From Candidatus Omnitrophota bacterium (GTDB lineage Bacteria; Omnitrophota; Gorgyraeia; Zapsychrales; Zapsychraceae), in contig JAHFGL010000004.1 of the NCBI GenBank assembly GCA_023247445.1, forward strand, positions 1,520 through 65,519: a stretch of 64,000 bases of DNA, given 5' to 3'. This document shows positions 56,215-64,000 of this stretch, piece after piece. The notes under the pieces were generated by a model. The model made no database searches. It was given only the letters and a program-made list of their open reading frames with translations, and had not been told where the DNA came from. The position numbers were made by a program, and so were the translations under genes. Position 1 is the first letter of the stretch. Each line of letters opens with the position of its first letter.

Positions 56215-58152
56215 ATGGATTTGAAGAAAGAAAAAGAAGAAATATCTTTATTAAGCAGGGCAGGGGGAATTCTTAATTCTCTGGCTTCGATGGTTTTTCT
56301 GACGTATATGTTGGATGTTCTTTTCGATAGCAATTTTGTTCAGAATCTGGGCATATTCGGTCTGTTGATTTTTATCCCGCTTAAGATTCTTCTTTTTACC
56401 GCCATGTTCGTTACCTTAATTGAGATAGCCAGTGGGGAAGAGATTCTTTTTCAATTTGCTCGCTTTAAAAGTAATGTGACTAAATTTTGGAAAATTTATG
56501 CCTTAGCGTTATGTTTGCCGCTAGCCATTTATTTTATTGTGAAGTATGTCTTTAGGTTGCCTCAAAACTTATCCATTAGTGTTTTAATGTTTCATTTAAA
56601 TATTGTTATTTTCTTTTTGGTTTCTTACGGCATTATTAATGCAAAATACATAAAGCCAGGGGCGCTAAAGAGAAGAAGCATCGTTTTAAGCTTGAAAAGT
56701 GTCGGTATTATTCTTGCCCTTTATGGATTGGATCTGGCCATTTTTTATTTACCACAGTATGTTGATACCTCAAGATTTTATCTGCCCAATCTGTTAGGAT
56801 TTCTTGCTCGATATTTAGATTTCTTTATCTTTACGTATTTATCTCTGATTATTTTTAAGCAATATCCTGAAATTGAGAAACGATTTACTTTTGATCGTGA
56901 ACTTTACTTAATCAATCCCTATCCTTATGGCGGAGATCTTCTGACGGGATTTTCCTATTCTGCGTGGCGGTGGCATCCACCTATTTTTGTTGTTTTAAGG
57001 GCATTAACGCCAAAGCATTATAAAGTCACAGAATTTAATCAACGTATTTGGGCCAATCGATATTATAAGAAAAATGCTTTAGTGGCGATTACCTGTTACA
57101 CCTCGAACTCTCCGGAGGCTTATAGGATTGCGAAAGAGTTTAAACGACGTGGTGCGACTGTCATCATGGGTGGGCCGCACATTATGTGTGTACCTCAGGA
57201 AGCCATCGATTATTGTGATAGTGTCGTTGTTGGAGATGTGGAAGGGGTCTGGCGTGAGATCATTCGCGATTATGAAAATGGATCACTTAAGAAAGAATAT
57301 TCTGGAGAATCAAAGAAAGAAGATCATGAATTTGTTCAGCAAGAACTGATGACCTCGACTCCAGAAGTGGTTAAAGACTTTTTGGAACCAACGCGAGGAT
57401 GTAAATTTAAGTGTCATTTTTGTGCGATTCCAGGCATTGTGGATAATATTAAAAGATTACCTGTTGAAGAATTCTTGTCGCTGATTAAACGGATTAAACA
57501 TAGATATAATCGTGATCTTTACTTTATTGATAGCAATATTTATTCGGATCCCGCGTATTCTAAAGAATTATTTCAAGCTTTGAAACCGATGAATGTTACC
57601 TGGCAGAGCGCGGCGACCATTGACATCGCCAAGAATCAGGAAACACTTAAATTAGCTCGAGAAAGTGGTTGTAAATTATTGTTATGCGGTTATGAAGTTC
57701 CTGCCGGATCGCTGGAAACAAAAGTTGATGGCAAATTAACGATGGCGGATCGATACATTGACTATACGCGAATTATCCAAAAAACAGGAATTAAAATAAA
57801 AGGGACGTTTATGTTTGGTTGGGAGTCAGATAGTTACAAAAGTTTATTTGAGCTATGGAAGTTTTGCTTTAAACTTAGCCCACAAATAACCGTTATGTCG
57901 ATTTTGACACCCATCCCTGGATCCAAACTTTATGTTGATATGCTTAAAAGCAATCGTTTAACGAATTTAAATTGGCGGGCGTATGCCTTTTATAGTTTGG
58001 TTTATAAACATCCCAATCTAGATAATTTTATATTTCCAAAATTATTTATCTTTATCCGATATGTGTTTTTCTTTACGACATCTACGTTCGGTCGAAAAGT
58101 TTTTATTTTTGTATTAATTGGGGTTGCGCTACTTCTTTTAACGAGGTTATAA
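56215..58152 (+). CDS. membrane-anchored B12-binding-domain radical SAM protein, paralog 3
   Basis: PTRGCKFKCHFCAIPGIV. Blocks YPEIEKRFTFDRELYLINP, GPHIMCVPQEAIDYCDSVVVGDVEGVW. Confidence 0.75.
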   Translation: MDLKKEKEEISLLSRAGGILNSLASMVFLTYMLDVLFDSNFVQNLGIFGLLIFIPLKILLFTAMFVTLIEIASGEEILFQFARFKSNVTKFWKIYALALCLPLAIYFIVKYVFRLPQNLSISVLMFHLNIVIFFLVSYGIINAKYIKPGALKRRSIVLSLKSVGIILALYGLDLAIFYLPQYVDTSRFYLPNLLGFLARYLDFFIFTYLSLIIFKQYPEIEKRFTFDRELYLINPYPYGGDLLTGFSYSAWRWHPPIFVVLRALTPKHYKVTEFNQRIWANRYYKKNALVAITCYTSNSPEAYRIAKEFKRRGATVIMGGPHIMCVPQEAIDYCDSVVVGDVEGVWREIIRDYENGSLKKEYSGESKKEDHEFVQQELMTSTPEVVKDFLEPTRGCKFKCHFCAIPGIVDNIKRLPVEEFLSLIKRIKHRYNRDLYFIDSNIYSDPAYSKELFQALKPMNVTWQSAATIDIAKNQETLKLARESGCKLLLCGYEVPAGSLETKVDGKLTMADRYIDYTRIIQKTGIKIKGTFMFGWESDSYKSLFELWKFCFKLSPQITVMSILTPIPGSKLYVDMLKSNRLTNLNWRAYAFYSLVYKHPNLDNFIFPKLFIFIRYVFFFTTSTFGRKVFIFVLIGVALLLLTRL

Positions 58153-58155
58153 AAA

Positions 58156-58764
58156 TTATTTAAGATTTTTGTAGATGAAGGGGATCTTGAGAATAATTTG
58201 AATAACAAAATAGCTGGCGATCGTGGTTGCAAAAATCTGCCATACTTTGAGGGGATAAATAAAGCAGGTAAAGATAAACACGCACATAATTGTTTTTCGC
58301 GAAATATTATCAAGATGATAAATGGTATCAACCAGTGATGGGATGTTGTACTTCTTGCTGTAAATTTCACAAAGTTGATAGAGAGTTTTCTGGCAGAGGT
58401 CTTCTAGTTGGAAGTCTTTTTTGAGTAGTTCCGTACTAATTTCAACAACCAACTTCTTTTGATTTTGATTCAGTTTAAATAGCGGATAAATAAATAGTAG
58501 CCCTGCCCATAAATAAACATACTGTTTTGATACGATAATCAATACGAGTAGTCCAACAATGAGGACATTAAGAAGCAATTGCAAACAGAGAATTTTTCTT
58601 AAACGGGGATAAAGAGTGGCGGCGTGATTAACATCTGTAAGATGTTCAGAAATGGCCGGACGCGTAACCAGGAAATTAAACCATCGAAAGACTTGTTCGT
58701 CAGTATCGATTGAGCTAGCAATAGCTTCCAAACTACTAACTGCTTTATGAAAAGGGATGGCCAT
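58156..58764 (-). CDS. hypothetical integral membrane protein
   Basis: 202 aa, 3-4 TM helices. Convergent with the radical SAM cluster. No recognisable domain. Confidence 0.4.
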   Translation of the reverse strand: MAIPFHKAVSSLEAIASSIDTDEQVFRWFNFLVTRPAISEHLTDVNHAATLYPRLRKILCLQLLLNVLIVGLLVLIIVSKQYVYLWAGLLFIYPLFKLNQNQKKLVVEISTELLKKDFQLEDLCQKTLYQLCEIYSKKYNIPSLVDTIYHLDNISRKTIMCVFIFTCFIYPLKVWQIFATTIASYFVIQIILKIPFIYKNLK

Positions 58765-58868
58765 AATTGTTTTCCTGTAAAGAATCGTTGAAAAGTTGAC
58801 GGTATTCTACATGGATACAATGCAACAGACAAGACAAAATTTAATTACCTTGAAAGTAAATTGAGAAA

Positions 58869-61136
58869 ATGATGATGCGAAATATCAAAAGGGATAATAC
58901 AAAGCTAATTTGTGATATTGGAGAATTGGGAGGACTCTTTAGAGATTCAACGAGTCTTGAGACCTTCTTGCAGCGCATCGTTGAGATGATTGCCGATCAT
59001 ATGAATTCTGATGTTTGTTCGATCTATCTTTATTATTTGGATACGCAGGAATTGATTTTAAGCGCAACGCATGGCTTAAATAAAGATTTTATCGGAAAGC
59101 TTAAATTAAAGTTGGGAGAGGGGTTGACCGGTGTCGCTTTAAAAGAGCTACGGCCAATTTCGGAGCGCCATGCCAGTAAAAATTCCAGTTTTAGGTATTT
59201 CCCCGGCTTGGGTGAAGAGAAGTATGAATCTTTTCTCGCTGTTCCCATTATCCGCGGAACAACTAAAATTGGGACGATGGTCATCCAAAATACGCAGAAG
59301 GATTATTTTAGCGATGAGGATACCATCGCCTTGCGTGCGGTGACCTCTCAGCTGGCCAACACGATCGAAATGGCGAGGCTGATCATGTCCTTTGAAACGC
59401 AACATGATCTTCAAAAAGAAACACAGCCAACCGAACCATTAAAATTTATTCAAGGGAAAGTTGGTTCAGAAGGGTTTGCCTTTGCGCAGGCCACGATTCT
59501 TAAGAATGAAAAAAATTTGAGACTTTATATTCAAAATAAGATTGTACAAAGTTACACCTTAGAAGATTTTGAAAAGGCCGTTGCCTTAACAGAAAAACAG
59601 CTGGAAGAATTTCAGCGGCAGATTGAAGAAAAATTAGCCGACGTGGCTTCGCTTATTTTTTCCGCGCAGATTTTGATGCTTAAAGATAAAGGTTTTATTG
59701 AGGCGATTGTTCATCTGATCGAAGATGGCGAGGATCCGGTTTCTGCGACGATCACCGTTGTTGATCATTATGTCCGAAAGTTTGAAAGCCTTCCGAATCT
59801 TTATCTGCGTGAAAAAAGTCAAGATATTCGAGACATTGGCAAACGATTGCTGGACAATTTGGTTGGGCATGGTCAACAAGCCTCTGAGTATGAGGATCAC
59901 ATTATCGTTTCCGAAGAATTGTTGCCATCGGATGTCCTTAAATTTTCTTCACAGAAGGTTAGGGGAATTATTCTTTTACGCGGCGGAACCACATCACATG
60001 TTTCCATCTTAGCTCAATCATTGTCGATTCCACTTATCATTGCCGATCATCTGGATCTTTTATCGTTACCGGCCCAAACAAAAATTTTGATGGATGCCGA
60101 ACAAGGAAATATTTATATTAATCCTGCCCAAGAGATTACTAATTCGTTTAAGGGTAAGGAGGATCTACGAAAAGAAGTTGAGCGTCTTAAAAGTTCAATG
60201 TCCGCGACCACAGAGACTAGCGATGGAACGCGGGTGTATTTGTTGGCTAACATTAATCTTTTAGGTGATGTTAAAAACGCACGGGAATATAAGGCCGAAG
60301 GGGTTGGACTTTACCGAACAGAATTTCCTTTTATTATCCGTAGTGATTTTCCATCAGAGGAAGAGCAGTATGTGATTTATAAAAAGCTTATTGATGGAAT
60401 TCCAGATAAAGAAATTACTCTTCGAACACTTGATATCGGTGGTGACAAAGTTTTATCTTATTTCCAACATCACATTAAAGAGAACAATCCCTTTTTGGGA
60501 ATGCGTTCGATCCGTTTTTCGTTGCAGCACCTTGATATTTTTTCTCATCAAATCCGGGCTATTTTACGCGCCGGGGCAGACGCTAACATTCGTATTATGT
60601 TTCCTATGATTTCATCGTTGGATGAGTTTTTGGATGCCAGAAAGGTTGTCATTTCTTGTATCAACGATTTAAAAATGGCTGAGGTTCCTTGCAATGAGAA
60701 TCCAAAGATTGGTTTAATGGTTGAATTGCCATCGGTGGTTGAAATTATTGAGGATTTGGCGCAGGAGGCGGATTTTTTTAGTATTGGTACCAATGATTTT
60801 ATTCAATATATGCTGGCGGTTGATCGCACTAATGAAAAGGTGTCGAATTTGTATCTGCCTCATCATCCATCGATTCTAAGGTCTTTAAAGAAAATTGTTG
60901 ATGCTGCTAATAAGTTTAAAAAAGATGTCTCCATTTGCGGTGATATGGCTCAAGAGGAAAAATATTTGGAATATTTTCTTGGAATTGGGCTAAGAAAATT
61001 TAGTATGACGCCGGCGGGGTTACCCAAGATTCAAACAGCCCTACGTCAAATTAAAATGGCGACGGCTAAGAAAAATACAGAAGCCATTTTATCAAAGAAT
61101 ACAGTTAATGATATCGCCCGCATGATGAAGATATGA
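58869..61136 (+). CDS. ptsP: GAF-domain phosphoenolpyruvate-protein phosphotransferase (Enzyme I-Ntr)
   Basis: N-terminal GAF. PEP-utilising phospho-His site GGTTSHVSILAQSLSIPLI. Signature 2 SIGTNDFIQYMLAVDR. Confidence 0.85.
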   Translation: MMMRNIKRDNTKLICDIGELGGLFRDSTSLETFLQRIVEMIADHMNSDVCSIYLYYLDTQELILSATHGLNKDFIGKLKLKLGEGLTGVALKELRPISERHASKNSSFRYFPGLGEEKYESFLAVPIIRGTTKIGTMVIQNTQKDYFSDEDTIALRAVTSQLANTIEMARLIMSFETQHDLQKETQPTEPLKFIQGKVGSEGFAFAQATILKNEKNLRLYIQNKIVQSYTLEDFEKAVALTEKQLEEFQRQIEEKLADVASLIFSAQILMLKDKGFIEAIVHLIEDGEDPVSATITVVDHYVRKFESLPNLYLREKSQDIRDIGKRLLDNLVGHGQQASEYEDHIIVSEELLPSDVLKFSSQKVRGIILLRGGTTSHVSILAQSLSIPLIIADHLDLLSLPAQTKILMDAEQGNIYINPAQEITNSFKGKEDLRKEVERLKSSMSATTETSDGTRVYLLANINLLGDVKNAREYKAEGVGLYRTEFPFIIRSDFPSEEEQYVIYKKLIDGIPDKEITLRTLDIGGDKVLSYFQHHIKENNPFLGMRSIRFSLQHLDIFSHQIRAILRAGADANIRIMFPMISSLDEFLDARKVVISCINDLKMAEVPCNENPKIGLMVELPSVVEIIEDLAQEADFFSIGTNDFIQYMLAVDRTNEKVSNLYLPHHPSILRSLKKIVDAANKFKKDVSICGDMAQEEKYLEYFLGIGLRKFSMTPAGLPKIQTALRQIKMATAKKNTEAILSKNTVNDIARMMKI

Positions 61137-61825
61137 AATCTAAGCTTTTTTCTTTAAGTTTCGTTTTCATCATTCTTTCGGCTGGTCTTATGCACGCCCA
61201 AAATTCCCCTGCTGAAATTCGTTATATCGCCATCGGCGATTCCTATACTGTTGGAACAGGATCCAGTCCCCAAGAAGCCTGGCCAACACTTCTTACAAAA
61301 CATCTACAAAAAGAAGGTATTTCTATCCGCCTGGTTGCCAATCTGGCTCAAAACGGTTGGACGACACAAAATGCTGTTGAAATTGAACTTCCTATTTATA
61401 AAAAATTAAAACCAACCTTTGCGACAGTTTTGATCGGCGTTAACGATTGGGTAAGAGGTATGCCGGCATCAACTTTTTCTGCCCGCTTTGGTAATCTTCT
61501 AGATGAAATGCTTAAAGAATTGCCCAACAAAGATCGCCTTTTAATTATGACAATTCCTGATTTTTCCGTTACGCCAATGGGCGCAAGTTTTGGCAATGTT
61601 CGCGACATTTCGTCAGGAATTACACAGTTTAACGACATTATCAAGAAAGAGGCAAAGGCACGCGGCTTAAATGTTGTTGATATCTTTACGTTGTCTCAAC
61701 AGATGGGGCAGGATCCATCGTTAGTAGCTGATGACGGATTACATCCTTCGGCTAAAGAACATGCTCTTTGGGAAAATCTAATTTATCCACAAGCAAAGCG
61801 CATTTTACTCGGCGATCATCGTTAG
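61133..61825 (+). CDS. SGNH/GDSL-family hydrolase (secreted)
   Basis: Signal peptide. Block I IAIGDSYTVGTG. Block V DGLHPS. ATGA overlap with ptsP. Confidence 0.7.
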   Translation: MKSKLFSLSFVFIILSAGLMHAQNSPAEIRYIAIGDSYTVGTGSSPQEAWPTLLTKHLQKEGISIRLVANLAQNGWTTQNAVEIELPIYKKLKPTFATVLIGVNDWVRGMPASTFSARFGNLLDEMLKELPNKDRLLIMTIPDFSVTPMGASFGNVRDISSGITQFNDIIKKEAKARGLNVVDIFTLSQQMGQDPSLVADDGLHPSAKEHALWENLIYPQAKRILLGDHR

Positions 61826-61927
61826 TATGCTGCCCGACATTTTTATCTTTTTGTTAGATGAAATATAAATGTCTGATATAATTCAACTTAGCTTTACATA
61901 CAAATTTATTAATCCTTTTGCTAATCA

Positions 61928-62326
61928 ATGATAAAAAATAATACCAAACCAACCCGCATACTGCTCGTTGACGATGATCCTGTTCAAGTTAAACTTCTCC
62001 AAACGAGATTAAAGGAAAATGGTTTTGAGGTCTTAACCGCTCATGATGCCGCGGTTGGATTACAACTTGCGATTGATCAAACTCCCGAAATTGTCATCCT
62101 TGATGTGATGATGCCGATTATTAATGGTTATAATTTCTGCCGACTTGTCAAAACAGAAGTTAAGGTAAAAGATATTTCAGTTATCCTATTAACTTCCCGT
62201 GATAAGTTAGAGGACATTCGAATTGGTCTTGAGATGGGTGCTGATGCTTACTTGGTTAAACCCGTGAATATTGAAGAACTTCTTAGAGCGATTAAGGTCG
62301 TTGGCTCCAGTAATCATAAACATTAA
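61928..62326 (+). CDS. single-domain response regulator (REC)
   Basis: ILLVDDDPVQVKLL...ILDVMMPIINGYNF...YLVKP. Confidence 0.8.
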   Translation: MIKNNTKPTRILLVDDDPVQVKLLQTRLKENGFEVLTAHDAAVGLQLAIDQTPEIVILDVMMPIINGYNFCRLVKTEVKVKDISVILLTSRDKLEDIRIGLEMGADAYLVKPVNIEELLRAIKVVGSSNHKH

Positions 62327-62336
62327 TTCCCCACTT

Positions 62337-63140
62337 ATGTTTGCCATCAAAATTCTTGAAAATATAGGTTTTACCGTTAAAGAGTGGTGTGTTGTTACGG
62401 TTGAATTTCTTCAACTGCTTTTAGAAACCCTTTATTGGATTTTTCTTGGACCCTTTCGAGCTAAGCCCATCAACGTTCCCACCCTTTTCGATCAAATGGT
62501 TTTTATGGGGATTCAATCGATTGCCATCGTCTTTTTTGTTAATCTTTTTACAGGTGTTGTTTTGGCCATGCAATCGGCCCATCAACTTGCTCAGATGGGG
62601 GCGACAATTTATGTCGCCAGTTTAGTCACGATCTCGATTTGTCGTGAACTAGGACCAGTCTTAACGGCTCTGGTTATCGCCGGCCGAATTGGCGCCGCGA
62701 TTACCGCTGAAGTGGGATCGATGAAAGTCAACGAGCAGATTGAGGCGCTCGACACGATGGCCATTAGCCCTGTTCGTTATCTAGTTGTTCCTAAATTTTT
62801 GTCACTCCTTATTATGCTGCCGTGCCTGACGGTGTTTGGCGATATGGCGGGGATTTTGGGAGGTTACTTGATTGGCGTTTTTAGTTTAGATATTAATTCC
62901 GGATTATACATTCAAACGGCTTTAAAATATTTAACGCTTAAAGATATTTATACAGGACTATCGAAACCCTTTGTTTTTGCTATTATTATTTCACTCGTAG
63001 GCGCTTATCAGGGATTAAAGACAAAAGGCGGCGCGGTTGGCGTTGGAAAGGCAACAACGATCAGTGTGGTCACGAGTTTTATTTTAATTATTCTGGCTGA
63101 TTGTGTGGTTACGGGAATTTTTTATTTTATGGCGATGTAA
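62337..63140 (+). CDS. mlaE: MlaE-family ABC transporter permease (phospholipid/lipid-asymmetry system)
   Basis: Approx 267 aa, five TM. MlaE-like conserved region ELGPVLTALVIAGRIGAAITAEVGSMKVNEQIEALDTMAISPVRYLVVP. Confidence 0.75.
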   Translation: MFAIKILENIGFTVKEWCVVTVEFLQLLLETLYWIFLGPFRAKPINVPTLFDQMVFMGIQSIAIVFFVNLFTGVVLAMQSAHQLAQMGATIYVASLVTISICRELGPVLTALVIAGRIGAAITAEVGSMKVNEQIEALDTMAISPVRYLVVPKFLSLLIMLPCLTVFGDMAGILGGYLIGVFSLDINSGLYIQTALKYLTLKDIYTGLSKPFVFAIIISLVGAYQGLKTKGGAVGVGKATTISVVTSFILIILADCVVTGIFYFMAM

Positions 63141-63148
63141 TTAAGTAA

Positions 63149-63233
63149 TGTCATCCTGAGGAACGTAGTGACGAAGGATCTCAGAAAATTTAAGTGCTTT
63201 GAGATTCTTCGCACCTTCGGTGCTCAGAATGAC
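63149..63233. repeat. palindromic element gtcatcctgaggaacgtagtgacgaaggatctc ... gagattcttcgcaccttcggtgctcagaatgac between mlaE and mlaF
   Basis: Approx 33-bp imperfect inverted repeat arms read directly. Arms contain secondary hairpins. Termini GTCAT/ATGAC are shared with the 3811 element. Confidence 0.55.
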
Positions 63234-63258
63234 GATAGATTAAGGAAAATTTTAATTT

Positions 63259-63999
63259 ATGACAGCTGAAAAAAAAGTAGCGATTTCGATTCGGGATTTA
63301 GAAAAATTCTTCGGCGAACGAAAAGTTTTGGATAATATCAATTTTGATATTAACAAAGGAGAGATTTTTGTCATTATGGGCGGCTCTGGTAGCGGTAAAA
63401 GTACGCTTCTTAGAATTATGACCGGTGGGGTTAAGCCCAGCCGTGGAAAAGTTTTATTTGGCGATAAAGATATTCATACACTCGAAGGCATCGAGGCTGA
63501 AAAGGTCAAACGGCGATTTGGTATGAGTTTTCAATCGGCGGCGCTTTTGGATTTTCTGACCGTTGAAGAGAATGTCAGCTTGCCACTACGTGAACACACC
63601 CATCTTGATCCCAAGGTTGTTAGCATTATCGCCAAAATGAAATTAAATTTAGTTGGCCTTCAAGGATTTGAGAATTATTATCCCAGTATGATTTCCGGTG
63701 GGATGAAAAAACGCGTGGGGGTGGCCCGCGCCATTGTCATGGATCCTGAAGTTGTTTTTTATGATGAACCGACCGCGGGACTTGATCCGGTTGTTTGCGC
63801 CGTTGTCGATCAGCTTATTCTTGATTTAACAAAGAAGCTCAACCTGACCTCGATTGTTGTGACCCATAATATGGAAAGTGTCTGGCGTATTGCAGATCGT
63901 GTAGCGATGGTTTATCGAGGAAAACTTATTGAGGTTGGAACAAGAGATCAAATTCGTCATTCACAAAATAAAATTATTCAACAATTTGTTAACGGCGAG
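63259..63999 (+). CDS. mlaF: MlaF-like ABC transporter ATP-binding protein (3' end outside window)
   Basis: Walker A GGSGSGKST, signature ISGGMKKRVGVA, Walker B VVFYDEPTAGLD. Frame is open to the window end. Confidence 0.8.
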   Translation, partial: MTAEKKVAISIRDLEKFFGERKVLDNINFDINKGEIFVIMGGSGSGKSTLLRIMTGGVKPSRGKVLFGDKDIHTLEGIEAEKVKRRFGMSFQSAALLDFLTVEENVSLPLREHTHLDPKVVSIIAKMKLNLVGLQGFENYYPSMISGGMKKRVGVARAIVMDPEVVFYDEPTAGLDPVVCAVVDQLILDLTKKLNLTSIVVTHNMESVWRIADRVAMVYRGKLIEVGTRDQIRHSQNKIIQQFVNGE

Positions 64000-64000
64000 A

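Noticed and set aside
3811-63233. CRISPR array interpretation of the recurring palindromic repeats
   Set aside because: Repeats are dispersed kilobases apart and are not regularly spaced with unique spacers. No cas genes are present.

Overview
Low-GC (~40%) chromosomal segment from a diderm (Gram-negative-type) bacterium; nearly all genes are on the + strand. Diderm evidence: Mla, LapA-like, OmpA-like, CusAB-like RND and PEP-CTERM proteins. In order, the window holds: a two-component phosphorelay; a Na+/H+-type antiporter fused to a PTS EIIA-Ntr-like domain; a SulP permease on the - strand; glycogen phosphorylase; a modA-mop-modB-modC molybdate operon; envelope proteins (PG-binding lipoprotein, OmpA-LysM, MarC); an HprK-related P-loop kinase; a GAF-GGDEF cyclase; a MNT/HEPN module that sits between 42-bp perfect direct repeats duplicating the 3' end of the GGDEF gene; a DUF1016-N/SNase nuclease; MscS; two phage-type antirepressor-like genes (a DinD-like Bro-N gene with an in-frame TAA, and an ORF6N gene); ychF; an HI0933-like flavoprotein; ABC-2 transporter genes; a ydbH/ynbE/ydbL-like triad; corA; four tandem PEP-CTERM paralogs; tag; GIY-YIG; HIT; an ABC-F ATPase; a Cus-like heavy-metal RND operon with three YHS/HMBD modules; three tandem paralogs of a membrane-anchored B12-binding radical SAM enzyme; ptsP (GAF-EI-Ntr); a GDSL hydrolase; and mlaE-mlaF. 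There are several families of small palindromic (MITE-like) intergenic repeats. No rRNA, tRNA or CRISPR was found. The most novel candidates are the triplicated transmembrane B12-radical-SAM cluster and the tandem PEP-CTERM family with bactofilin-like and ice-binding-like repeats.
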